The notes beneath the pieces are model-generated. The model ran no database searches. It saw only the letters and a program-made list of their open reading frames with translations, and was not told the DNA's origin. A stretch of DNA of 64,000 nt from positions 166,358-230,357 of the forward strand of contig JACRCV010000075.1 in assembly GCA_016218825.1 (NCBI GenBank). Reading direction: 5' to 3'. The position numbers and the translations under genes were made by a program. Positions within the stretch are counted from its first letter, which is position 1. The number at the start of each line of letters is the position of its first letter. This stretch comes from Deltaproteobacteria bacterium (GTDB taxonomy: Bacteria; Myxococcota; XYA12-FULL-58-9). This document shows, one piece after another, positions 43,936-52,823 of the stretch.

Positions 43936-46019
43936 TACACAGCCGCGCCGTGAAGCCCCGATTCGCCGACCCCGCCGTCCGGCCGCAGACCGAGCGCTTT
44001 GACTTGGCGACTTTGAACGAGCCGCAGCGGCAGGCGGTGCTGCACGAAGGTGGGCCGCTGTTGGTGCTGGCCGGCGCCGGCAGCGGCAAGACCCGCACCA
44101 TCATCTATCGCATCGCGCGCCTGATCCGCGACGGCGTGCCCGCACAGCGCATCCTCGGGGTGACCTTCACCAACAAGGCGGCGGCGGAGATGCGCGAGCG
44201 CCTGTGGAGCATCGCCGGCGGCGACGGCGCCAAGGTCCGGCTGTCGACCTTCCACAGCCTCGCGGTTGCCATCCTCAAAGAGGAGCTGAAGGCCGCCGGG
44301 CTGAAGCGCGGCTTCTGCATCTACGACACCGGCGATCAGCTGAGCCTGGTCCGCGAGCTGATGCGGCAGGTGCGGGTCGCGGATCGGCGGCTCGACGCGG
44401 CGCGGGTTCTGGACCTCATCTTGCGCGCCAAGCGCGAGCGCAAAGCCGAGATCGCGATCGACACCGGCGACGACTACGAGCTCGCGGCGTTCGACCTCTA
44501 CCCGCGCTACCGGGCGCAGCTCGCGGCCTTCAACGCGGTCGACTTCGACGATCTGCTGCTGCTCGCCGAGGACGTCCTCGACACCCCCGGGCCGCGCGAG
44601 CGCTGGAGCAGCCGCTTCGACGAGCTGCTCGTCGACGAGTACCAGGACACCAGCCCCGATCAGTTGAAGCTCCTGAAGATCCTCGCCGGCAGCGAGAAGC
44701 GGGTGTGCGTGGTCGGCGACGACGATCAGTCGATCTACGCCTGGCGCGGCGCCGACGCCAAGAACATCCTGATCTTCTCGAACCAGTTCAAAGGCGCCCG
44801 CGAGATCGTGCTCGATCAGAACTACCGCTCCACCGGCTTCATCCTCGCGGCCGCGAACCAGGTGATCAAGAACAACAGCGGCCGCAAGCCCAAGGCGCTG
44901 TGGTCGGACGCCGGCGACGGCGAGCCGGTGGACGTGGTCGCCTGCACCGACCCGAACGACGAGGCGGCCTTCGTCGTCGCCCAGATCCAGCGGTTGCTGG
45001 CCGACGGCGAGGTGAAGGACGAGATCGCCGTGCTCTACCGCGCCAACGTCCAGAGCCGGATCTTCGAGGAGGAGCTCGGCGTCGAGCGGATCCCGTTCCG
45101 GGTCGTCGGCGGCCAGGCGTTCTTCGAGCGCAAGGAGGTCAAGGACGCGCTGGCGTACCTGACCGTGGCGATGAACCCCAGAGACGAGATCGCGTTGCGG
45201 CGGATCATCAACACCCCGCCGCGCGGCATCGGGCCGACGAGCGTCTTGCGGCTCGCGGCCGCCGGCGAAGCGTCGGGGCGTGGCCTGTGGTCGGCGTTGA
45301 AAGAGGCCGCGACCGTGTCCGACTTGCCGCCGCAGGCGGTGGTCGGCGCGGCGCAGCTGGTCGGGGTCGTCGAGCGCAGCGCTCCGGGGTTGCGACGCGC
45401 GAAGCGCGGCGAGCTTTCGCACCTCGCGGGGACTCTGTTCCAGGAGCTCGGGCTGCGGGACCACGTGCTCGCCGCCGACGACGCGCCGGGGTTGGCGGAG
45501 CGCCGGCTGGAGAACCTCGACGAGGTGGTCCGTTCGCTCGAGCGCTTCGAGCGGAGCGTCGCCGCCGACGTGCCGATCCTCTCCGAGTACCTGACGAGCG
45601 CGGCGTTGACCAACGCCGACGAGGGCGAAGAAGAGGACCAGGCCGGCCGCGTGACCCTGATGACGTTGCACTCGGCGAAGGGCCTGGAGTTTCGCAACGT
45701 GTTCCTGGTGGGGGTCGAAGAGGAGCTGTTGCCGCACCAGCGCACCGTGGACGACGCCGCGGGCGATCTGGGTGAAGAGCGGCGCTTGTTCTACGTCGGC
45801 ATGACGCGGGCGCGACGACGCCTGTGGCTGACGCACGTCAAGACCCGGCTGAAGCACGGCAAGCCGACGCCGCGGACGCCGTCGCGATTTCTCCAGGAGC
45901 TGCCCGAGGGCGAAGGGGTGCGGCGGCGCAACCGGGACGACCCCAAGGGCGACGCCGAGTCGGAGAAGCTCGCCGGCGACTTCTTTCGCAACCTGCGGGC
46001 CAACCTCGGGATCACGTAA
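43932..46019 (+). CDS. ATP-dependent DNA helicase, UvrD/PcrA/Rep superfamily 1
   Basis: GAGSGKTRTI (Walker A), VTFTNKAAAEMRERL, and LVDEYQDTS. TTG start overlapping the upstream stop. Confidence 0.9.
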   Translation: MIHSRAVKPRFADPAVRPQTERFDLATLNEPQRQAVLHEGGPLLVLAGAGSGKTRTIIYRIARLIRDGVPAQRILGVTFTNKAAAEMRERLWSIAGGDGAKVRLSTFHSLAVAILKEELKAAGLKRGFCIYDTGDQLSLVRELMRQVRVADRRLDAARVLDLILRAKRERKAEIAIDTGDDYELAAFDLYPRYRAQLAAFNAVDFDDLLLLAEDVLDTPGPRERWSSRFDELLVDEYQDTSPDQLKLLKILAGSEKRVCVVGDDDQSIYAWRGADAKNILIFSNQFKGAREIVLDQNYRSTGFILAAANQVIKNNSGRKPKALWSDAGDGEPVDVVACTDPNDEAAFVVAQIQRLLADGEVKDEIAVLYRANVQSRIFEEELGVERIPFRVVGGQAFFERKEVKDALAYLTVAMNPRDEIALRRIINTPPRGIGPTSVLRLAAAGEASGRGLWSALKEAATVSDLPPQAVVGAAQLVGVVERSAPGLRRAKRGELSHLAGTLFQELGLRDHVLAADDAPGLAERRLENLDEVVRSLERFERSVAADVPILSEYLTSAALTNADEGEEEDQAGRVTLMTLHSAKGLEFRNVFLVGVEEELLPHQRTVDDAAGDLGEERRLFYVGMTRARRRLWLTHVKTRLKHGKPTPRTPSRFLQELPEGEGVRRRNRDDPKGDAESEKLAGDFFRNLRANLGIT

Positions 46020-46025
46020 GTGAGG

Positions 46026-46050
46026 TAGCCGAGCGGCCGCGGCTCGGCTA
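46026..46050 (+). terminator. perfect 9-bp-stem hairpin tagccgagc-ggccgcg-gctcggcta between uvrD-like and NUDIX genes (no U-tract)
   Basis: Seen directly. The stem is GC-rich and the loop contains a NotI-like GCGGCCGC core. Confidence 0.3.
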
Positions 46051-46083
46051 TGATGGCGCCTTCCTTCCAGTGAGGAGGGGGCC

Positions 46084-46497
46084 ATGTCGAAGCGTCGGAT
46101 CTGTGTGGTGAGTGCCGCCTTGGTGCGTGAGGGACGCTACCTCATCACGCAGCGCCTCGAGAAGGCGGTGCTGCCGTTGTTGTGGGAGTTCCCGGGCGGC
46201 AAGGTCGAGGAAGGCGAGAGCGACGAGGTGGCGTTGAAGCGCGAGCTCAAGGAGCGCCTCGGCATCGACGCGGTGGTGAAGAAGCGCATCGCCTCCACCG
46301 AGCGGGAGTATCGCGACTACGTCGTCGAGATGCACCTGTACTCGTGCGACCTCGGGCCGGTGGAGCCGCGCAAGGTCAACGTCCGCGATCTGAAGTGGGT
46401 CAACTCCAAGGAGTTCGGCCGCTACGAGTTCACGCCCGCCGACCAGGGCTCGATGGACGCGCTGCTGTTCGGCGACAAGAAGACCGCGAAGCGTTAG
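46084..46497 (+). CDS. NUDIX hydrolase (MutT-like)
   Basis: Nudix box GGKVEEGESDEVALKRELKERLGI. GAGGAGGGGG Shine-Dalgarno. Confidence 0.85.
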   Translation: MSKRRICVVSAALVREGRYLITQRLEKAVLPLLWEFPGGKVEEGESDEVALKRELKERLGIDAVVKKRIASTEREYRDYVVEMHLYSCDLGPVEPRKVNVRDLKWVNSKEFGRYEFTPADQGSMDALLFGDKKTAKR

Positions 46498-46498
46498 G

Positions 46499-46600
46499 CC
46501 GCATGCATCACTTGATTCCCGCGCGGCCGCTGCGCCCGCGCTCCCCACCCCCACCCCCATCCCCCGCCCCCGGGTGGGGCGGGGGCGACGAACGCTGGAT
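46499..46600. repeat. structured GC-rich repeat, copy E (subfamily 2), flanked by perfect 14-bp direct repeat CGCGAAGCGTTAGG (46485-46498 and 46601-46614)
   Basis: Seen directly. The duplicated 14-mer contains the stop codons of both convergent flanking genes. Confidence 0.65.
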
Positions 46601-46609
46601 CGCGAAGCG

Positions 46610-47434
46610 TTAGGCGCGCTTCAAGATCCAGTCGGCGATCTCGGCGTGGAGCTTCACGCGCCCGGTCTCGTTCAGGATCTCGTGCATCTCGCCGTCGCGC
46701 CGCCACACGGTCTTGTCGGGCGATTGGATCCGCTCGGCGAAGGCGGCGTTGGCCGCCATTGACACCACGCGGTCGCGCTCGGCGTAGGCGAACAACAACG
46801 GTTGCTCGACGCGGTCGCGGGCGGCGAGGCGCGCCCACGCGGTCTGCACCGCCTTGAACCAGCCGGCGGACGCGGTGGTGAACACCAGCGGGTCGCTGCG
46901 ATAGGCCTCGACGATGCTCCGGTCGTGGGTCAGGTCGTTCGGGTCGATGCCCGAGGGCAGCGTCATCGTCGGCAACAACGCGCCCAGGATCCGGCCGGCG
47001 AGGATCTTCGCCTTCGGCACCGAGGCCGGCAGACCCAACATCGGGCTGGTGATGACGAGACCCGCCCAGGGTGTCTTCTTGCTCGAGACGTAGTCGAGCG
47101 CCACCAGACCGCCGGCGGAGTGCCCGAGCAGGAAGCGCTTCTGGCCCTGGACCAGGGTGAGCGCCGCGTCGACGTCGAGGTGGTACTCCTCGAAGCGCTT
47201 GACGTAGCCGCGCCGGCCGCTCGAGGTGCCGTGGCCGCGCAGATCGACCGCCACCACGGCGATGCCCTTGGCGCAGAAGGCTTCGGCGAGCTCCCGGTAG
47301 CGTCCCGAGTGCTCGGCGTAGCCGTGCAGCACCAGGACCTCGGCCGTGGCGGCGGCCGGGGGCGCAAAGCGCTGGGCGAACAGGGCGGCGCCGTCTGCGG
47401 CGCGTAACGTCGTCTCGGTGTGCGACATGGTCAT
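46610..47434 (-). CDS. alpha/beta-hydrolase (lysophospholipase/monoacylglycerol-lipase-like)
   Basis: Internal start MTMSHTETT... of ORF 46610..47809. HGYAEHSGRY and GHSAGG (GxSxG nucleophile). Confidence 0.8.
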   Translation of the reverse strand: MTMSHTETTLRAADGAALFAQRFAPPAAATAEVLVLHGYAEHSGRYRELAEAFCAKGIAVVAVDLRGHGTSSGRRGYVKRFEEYHLDVDAALTLVQGQKRFLLGHSAGGLVALDYVSSKKTPWAGLVITSPMLGLPASVPKAKILAGRILGALLPTMTLPSGIDPNDLTHDRSIVEAYRSDPLVFTTASAGWFKAVQTAWARLAARDRVEQPLLFAYAERDRVVSMAANAAFAERIQSPDKTVWRRDGEMHEILNETGRVKLHAEIADWILKRA

Positions 47435-47556
47435 GTGGGCTCCCGTCGGGCCCAACCTGCTCGAATCACGACCCGGGCGCAAGGGCTCTATTGAACGGTG
47501 GGTCAGCGCGGGTGCGGCAGGTGCGGGCGAGGCCGCGGTCGCGCGGCTCGACGCGG

Positions 47557-48006
47557 CTACTCGACGCTGCCGCCGTTCGCGTAGCAGACGCCCGCGTCGC
47601 ACTCGTCGCCGACGACACAGGGACGGCCGGCGTCGCAGAAGTCGGGCGGGGAGGGGTAGTCGAGGCGGATCGAGACGTCTTGCTCCGCGAGCGCCTCGGC
47701 GCCGTGGATGTCGATCGCGTGCACGACCACGGTGACCAGGATCTCGCGGCCGAAGACGTGGGTGGCGGCGGATTCGCTGGCGCGCGTCGCCTCGGTGCCG
47801 TCGTTCCACTGGAACACGAAGGTGAGCAGGTCGCCGTCGTCGTCCTGGGAGGCCGAGGCGTCGAAGCGGACCGGCATGCCCTGAGGCGCGATGACCGGCG
47901 CCCGCAGCGCCGCGACCGGTGGGGTGTTGCCGCGGACGAGATCGTCTTCCGGGGGGTTACACGCCGAAAAGCTCGCGAGGCCAATCACGACAACGCTAAA
48001 CTTCAT
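47557..48006 (-). CDS. small lipoprotein with PKD-like domain and Cys-rich C-terminus
   Basis: MKFSVVVIGLASFSAC is a lipobox. FDASASQDDDGDLLTFVFQWNDG is a PKD-like motif. C-terminal CDAGRPCVVGDECDAGVC. Confidence 0.7.
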   Translation of the reverse strand: MKFSVVVIGLASFSACNPPEDDLVRGNTPPVAALRAPVIAPQGMPVRFDASASQDDDGDLLTFVFQWNDGTEATRASESAATHVFGREILVTVVVHAIDIHGAEALAEQDVSIRLDYPSPPDFCDAGRPCVVGDECDAGVCYANGGSVE

Positions 48007-48145
48007 TGCGAAATCAGGGTATCACGCGATTGCGCCCCCGCCAAGTAAACCACGGTTGGCCGCAACCGGAGCCCGGACGCGCCGATAACCAGACGAGCGA
48101 AGTAGTCGCAGCCCCTCCTATGGGGCGTCAGGGAGATGGCTCAAC

Positions 48146-49432
48146 GTGGCATTCTGGCGCAAAAACACATTGAATATCACGGCGATGGCGCTGTTGTCGG
48201 CCTGTGGCGGCGCCGGCGCGGTCATGTCCAGCGTGGCGGAGGACCCGGTCGTCGCGGCTGAGCCTCTCCAGACGCCGAGTGTGCGCCTGGTGTCGCCGCC
48301 GCAGTGGGCGGCAGGGGACGTCGTGACGGTGCTCGGCGCCGGCTTCGTCGATTCCGGGCGCGGCCACACCGAGCTCGCTCTCGACGGCGAGTTCGTCACC
48401 GCCGCGGGCCTGCGCTCGCCGGTGTCGATGACGGTCTCGGAGACCACGTTCCGCAACGCTGGCCGCGTGGAGTTCGTCTTCGAGCCGGCGCTACCGCCCG
48501 CGGGGTTCGGGCACGACCTCGGCACCTTCACCGGCAGCGTGCGGGCCAAGAACGTCGACGACGAGAGCGCCTCGCCGGCGTCGGCGCCGGTGACGGCCGC
48601 GATCGAGGTCGGGCCGTCGCTCATCCTCTGGTCGTTGCTCCCGACCGGGCTCGCCTGCGGCGAGGTGATGCGGGTGCGCGAGGTCCAGGACGGCAGCAAG
48701 ATCGACGTCAACCTCGAGGCCGTCGGCCTGTCGACGCCCACCACCACCGCGCCGCTCGTGGTCACCGCGACCTTCGTGGATCTGGCGAACGCCCCGATCG
48801 AGGTGCAGAAGACCATCGGCAGCGGACGCCGCACCGCGTTGACCCTCGACGTCGGCCGGTTGCCGGACGGCAAGGTCGAGGCCACGCTGCACGTCAACCT
48901 CAGCGTCACCGACGCGGTCGGCGCCGGCGTCGATCGCACCTTCAGCGTCGCCGTCGGCCGGGAGCACAGCGTCGCTTACGACGGCAACGTGCGCGTCGCC
49001 GAGCTCTACGCCCCGGTGCAGGTGAGCTCGTGCTTGCCGGGTGGCGCGACCGGCCGCGACGTCAGCTACTCGTCGGGCACCTCGGAGTCGCGCAGCCGCA
49101 CCATCGGCTTCAGCGTCGACGTCGGCCTCAACATCTGGGTGGTGAACGTCGGCTTCGGGATCAACGTCAGCGACTCGGTGTCGACGACCGAGTGTCAGGA
49201 TCTGTCGCTGAACGGGCACATCAACCCCGGCCAGTTCGGGGTGTTCTACCGCCAGACCCAACGCCTCGAGCGCCTCGGCCAGATCGTGCGCCTCGACAGC
49301 TGTGGCGCGAAGCGCGTCATCGGCGACGCGCGGGTGACCGACTGGTCGTGGGCGCCGGATCTCGCGATCACCACCAACCGTCAGTGTCCTCCCGCACCGC
49401 CGTCCAACCTTCCACCCGCACAGGTGTTCTGA
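48146..49432 (+). CDS. hypothetical lipoprotein, no recognisable domain
   Basis: GTG start. MAFWRKNTLNITAMALLSAC is a lipobox. No clear domain. Confidence 0.6.
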   Translation: MAFWRKNTLNITAMALLSACGGAGAVMSSVAEDPVVAAEPLQTPSVRLVSPPQWAAGDVVTVLGAGFVDSGRGHTELALDGEFVTAAGLRSPVSMTVSETTFRNAGRVEFVFEPALPPAGFGHDLGTFTGSVRAKNVDDESASPASAPVTAAIEVGPSLILWSLLPTGLACGEVMRVREVQDGSKIDVNLEAVGLSTPTTTAPLVVTATFVDLANAPIEVQKTIGSGRRTALTLDVGRLPDGKVEATLHVNLSVTDAVGAGVDRTFSVAVGREHSVAYDGNVRVAELYAPVQVSSCLPGGATGRDVSYSSGTSESRSRTIGFSVDVGLNIWVVNVGFGINVSDSVSTTECQDLSLNGHINPGQFGVFYRQTQRLERLGQIVRLDSCGAKRVIGDARVTDWSWAPDLAITTNRQCPPAPPSNLPPAQVF

Positions 49433-50412
49433 TGCGTAGCCTGGTCACCGCGTGTGCTGTTCTGCTGTCCGCGAGCGCCTGCGGCGAGCTGCCCGACCCG
49501 CCGCTCCCCGACGGCAACCCGGGCGGCCAACCGGCGGCCAACCCCGGCGACCCGCCGCCCCCCGAGGATCCGGCGCTCGATCCGAACGCGCCGCCGCCCG
49601 CGAGCCCGGCGCTCGCGGCGCTGCCGTCGCGTTACGGCTACGACACCATCCCGGTGCGCGGCACCGCGGCGCCGAACGAGACCGTGTTCGCCGAGGGCGG
49701 CAGCGCCCCGGTCGCGACCGACGCCGACGCCGGTGGTCGCTTCTGCCTGGACGTGCCGCTCGCGGCCAAGGCGACCCAGACCGTCGAGGTGTTCGTGCAG
49801 GACCAGCGCGGCGTCACCTCGTCGCCGGCCGCGGTGGTGATCGTGCAGGACCCGACTCTCGCGGTCAGCGAGTCGCCGCCGCGGCCGCAGGTCAACCTCG
49901 CGGCGCGCCTGCCGTTGTCGGCCGACGAGACCCCGAAGGCCGGGGTGTTCGCGAACCTGACCGACGAGGACACCACCTCCAGCGTCACGGTGCCGAGGGC
50001 GATCGTCTGGCTCGACTTCAGCGAGCTCGCCGACATCGAGAGCGTCGAGGTGGTGTTCAGCGACACGCTGACGACCGGCGACAACACCTTCGCGACCGAG
50101 TACCAGGTGCTGGTGAGCGACGTCGCGTCGCCGTCGATGCCGCCGGCGTGGGACAGCCCGGATTGGACGCTGCTCTACGACGTCTATCCCGGCTGCGGTT
50201 TGCCGGCGGGGGACGGCGGCTCGGATCTGTTCGGCCTCGAGACCCCGTGGACCGCCCGCTATGTGGCGTTCTCGTTCATCGAGAACAACAAGACCGACTG
50301 GCTGTCGTCCGAGGAGATCAAAGTGGCGGAGCTCCGCGTCCAAGGCCGCTCCGCCGTACCGCCGCCGCCCCAGCCGCAGACCCCGACCTGCGCCAACGGG
50401 AAGCAACCCTAA
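49432..50412 (+). CDS. lipoprotein with C-terminal F5/8 type C (discoidin)-like domain
   Basis: MRSLVTACAVLLSASAC is a lipobox, followed by a Pro-rich linker. C-terminal ...ARYVAFSFIENNKTDWLSSEEIKVAELRV is discoidin-like. Confidence 0.6.
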   Translation: MRSLVTACAVLLSASACGELPDPPLPDGNPGGQPAANPGDPPPPEDPALDPNAPPPASPALAALPSRYGYDTIPVRGTAAPNETVFAEGGSAPVATDADAGGRFCLDVPLAAKATQTVEVFVQDQRGVTSSPAAVVIVQDPTLAVSESPPRPQVNLAARLPLSADETPKAGVFANLTDEDTTSSVTVPRAIVWLDFSELADIESVEVVFSDTLTTGDNTFATEYQVLVSDVASPSMPPAWDSPDWTLLYDVYPGCGLPAGDGGSDLFGLETPWTARYVAFSFIENNKTDWLSSEEIKVAELRVQGRSAVPPPPQPQTPTCANGKQP

Positions 50413-50419
50413 GGTCAGA

Positions 50420-52192
50420 GTGCCGGTCTGCGTCTTACCCGCTCTAGCGCTCGCTCTCGCCTGGGTAGAGATCGGCGGCGGCCTGCCGGCCGGCGACGAC
50501 ATCACCGCGATGTCGTTCGGCAACGGCGCCGACGACATCCTGGTCGGCACCACCGCCGGCTACGTGTTCCGCACCCTGGACGGTGGTGAGACCTACCAGC
50601 CGATCTTCACGCCGCAAGACACCGAGCCGTTGGTCGAGCCGCGGCTCCACAACCTCGCGAGCGCGGCGGTGGACGACCTCGGTCGCGGTCACGATCGGAA
50701 TATGGATCCGCGGGACCGGGCCGGCAGCGTCAAGGCCGCGGCGAACCTCGCCGGCGAGGTGCGCGACAACCCGCAGATCCGCGCCACGCCGCTGCTCGCG
50801 TCGCTGGTCCGCGAGACCGCCCGCGAGCGCGCCGCGGTGACTCAGATCCAACGCTGCGCGCCCGCGACCTTTCTGCTCACGCCCGAGTCCCTGTGGCGGT
50901 CCACCGATGACGGCCTGCGCTTCGAGCAGCTCAACGTCGGTCCTTCGGGCTTGCGCTCGGCGATCTACTGGATCACCTGCGATCCGGCGCGCAAAGGCCA
51001 CGTGGCGCTGAACACCGCCGCCGGCGTCCTCGAGAGCTTCGACCTCGGCGAGACCTTCTTCATGTTCGGCAGCGCGTTTCCCGACGGCGCCAAGGTCGAC
51101 GGCATCGACTTCCGCGCCGACGGCCGGCTGGTGGTGACGGCGCAGGGGAGGGTGTTCGTCGAGCGCCAGGGGGGCGGCGGCTACGAGGCGGTCTGCAACT
51201 ATCGCCGGGGCGACAGCGTCGAGGGCAAGCTCGACTGGATCTGGTGGACCGAGGGGCGCGGCCGGCCGGTCTTGTACCTCGTGACCGGCGACGGCATCGT
51301 GGTGTGCGACGACGGCAAGCTCAAGCGCCTCGACCCGTTGGGCCTCGGGCGGGTCCAGGCGGAGTTCGTCTGGATCGACGACGCCGAGCCCGGCCACATC
51401 CTCGCGGCGACCAAGCACGAGGTCTACGAGAGCTTCGACGCCGGCGCGTCGTTCAAGCTGGCCTTCGTGGTCCCCACCGAGCGCTCGGTGCGCAAGCTCT
51501 TGATGGACGGCGGGCGCAAGGGGGATCTGCTGGTGGCGACCGGCGGCCAGATCTTTCGCCGGGTCCAGGACGACGATGGCGCCCGCAAGCGGGCGGTCGC
51601 CGGCCGCGAGGCCGCGGTGACCGAGCGGCTGATGAGCGAGGCGCCGTTGTGGCAGGTGTTGCAGACGGCGCTGGCGCGGATGGAGCTGGCGCCGGAGCGG
51701 GTCGCAGAGCGTCGGGTCGATTCGATGTTTCGCAACCTGATGCCGGACATCGCGGTGCGCGCCTCGTACGCGATGAGCGCGTCGCCCAGCCTGCGGACGC
51801 CGAGGTTCGACGCGGGCGCCGACCCGCGATTTCCGCAGTCCGGCGCGCCCGACGACTTCTCCGCCTTTGCCCGGACCCGCGGCGGCGCTGCCTATTGGAG
51901 CGTGGTGGCCGTCTGGGATCTCAGGGAGATCATCGCCGACCGCTATACCTCCGACCGACTCTGGGCCGACGTCGAGCGCCTGCGACAGAAGATGACGTTT
52001 CGGGTGCAAGACGAGTGGGTGGCCTGGGGTCAGGCGTCGGTGAAGCTCAGCCAGGCCGGCCTGTCGCGCCGCGCGCGGCTGTTCCACGAGTTGAAGCGGC
52101 GGGAAGCGGCGGCGATCCTCAACCAGATGACCGGCGGCGGGTTCGCGGTCTTCGCGACCGACGGCGCCGGGCGCACGCGCGCCAGGGAGTAG
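50420..52192 (+). CDS. BNR/Asp-box repeat secreted protein (Ycf48/sialidase-like beta-propeller)
   Basis: Repeats TTAGYVFRTLDGGETY, SLWRSTDDGLRF, and YESFDAGASF. GTG start assumed at 50420. Confidence 0.6.
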   Translation: MPVCVLPALALALAWVEIGGGLPAGDDITAMSFGNGADDILVGTTAGYVFRTLDGGETYQPIFTPQDTEPLVEPRLHNLASAAVDDLGRGHDRNMDPRDRAGSVKAAANLAGEVRDNPQIRATPLLASLVRETARERAAVTQIQRCAPATFLLTPESLWRSTDDGLRFEQLNVGPSGLRSAIYWITCDPARKGHVALNTAAGVLESFDLGETFFMFGSAFPDGAKVDGIDFRADGRLVVTAQGRVFVERQGGGGYEAVCNYRRGDSVEGKLDWIWWTEGRGRPVLYLVTGDGIVVCDDGKLKRLDPLGLGRVQAEFVWIDDAEPGHILAATKHEVYESFDAGASFKLAFVVPTERSVRKLLMDGGRKGDLLVATGGQIFRRVQDDDGARKRAVAGREAAVTERLMSEAPLWQVLQTALARMELAPERVAERRVDSMFRNLMPDIAVRASYAMSASPSLRTPRFDAGADPRFPQSGAPDDFSAFARTRGGAAYWSVVAVWDLREIIADRYTSDRLWADVERLRQKMTFRVQDEWVAWGQASVKLSQAGLSRRARLFHELKRREAAAILNQMTGGGFAVFATDGAGRTRARE

Positions 52193-52198
52193 GGACCC

Positions 52199-52807
52199 AT
52201 GATGATGTTGTCGTTGTCGTTGTCGCTGTGGCTGTGCGTCTCCGGCGCCGGTGAGGCCGACGCGGAGGTGGCGGAGGCGCTGCGGCTGCTCGCCGAGGAC
52301 CCGCCGATCGCCGACGTCCAGCGGGCGGCGCTCGAGCACTTCTCGGTGTCGCACGACGACCTGTCGTCCTATCGCGCCGCGGCCCGGCTGCGGGCGCTGT
52401 TGCCGTCCCTGACCGGCGGCTACTTGCAGGGCGACAACAAGCTGCGGCGCTCGTCGGCGGACCAGGCGGCGGGCTTCTCCTACGACCCCAACAACCCGCA
52501 AGTGACCGACAACACCAACGGCGTGGATCGAGCGTTCACCGCCGCCGCGACCTGGTCTCTGGGGAGCCTGGTGTTCGACGCCAATCAGATCGAGACCTAC
52601 TCGCTCGTCGGCATTCAGCAGGATCTGCTGACCGAGGTGACGCGGCTGTACTACACGCGGCAACACAACGTGCTGGCGCTGGCGCTGGAGCCGCCGCGCG
52701 ACCCGCGCGCCAGGGCGGCGTTGATGCTGCGCAGCCGCGAGATCGAGGCGATGCTCGACGCCCTGACCGGCGGCGCGTGGAGCAAGCTGCGCCGCAAGGG
52801 GCGCTGA
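52199..52807 (+). CDS. hypothetical secreted protein
   Basis: MMMLSLSLSLWLCVSGAGEA is a signal. No recognisable domain. Confidence 0.5.
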   Translation: MMMLSLSLSLWLCVSGAGEADAEVAEALRLLAEDPPIADVQRAALEHFSVSHDDLSSYRAAARLRALLPSLTGGYLQGDNKLRRSSADQAAGFSYDPNNPQVTDNTNGVDRAFTAAATWSLGSLVFDANQIETYSLVGIQQDLLTEVTRLYYTRQHNVLALALEPPRDPRARAALMLRSREIEAMLDALTGGAWSKLRRKGR

Positions 52808-52823
52808 GCGCAAGCGGCGACCC

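Noticed and set aside
46485-46614. Possible CRISPR array (short perfect direct repeats such as CGCGAAGCGTTAGG ×2 and ct(c/g)accccctggt ×2)
   Set aside because: Each repeat occurs only twice. The pairs exactly flank a larger conserved element, and no regular repeat-spacer periodicity or cas genes are present. They are better explained as target-site duplications.
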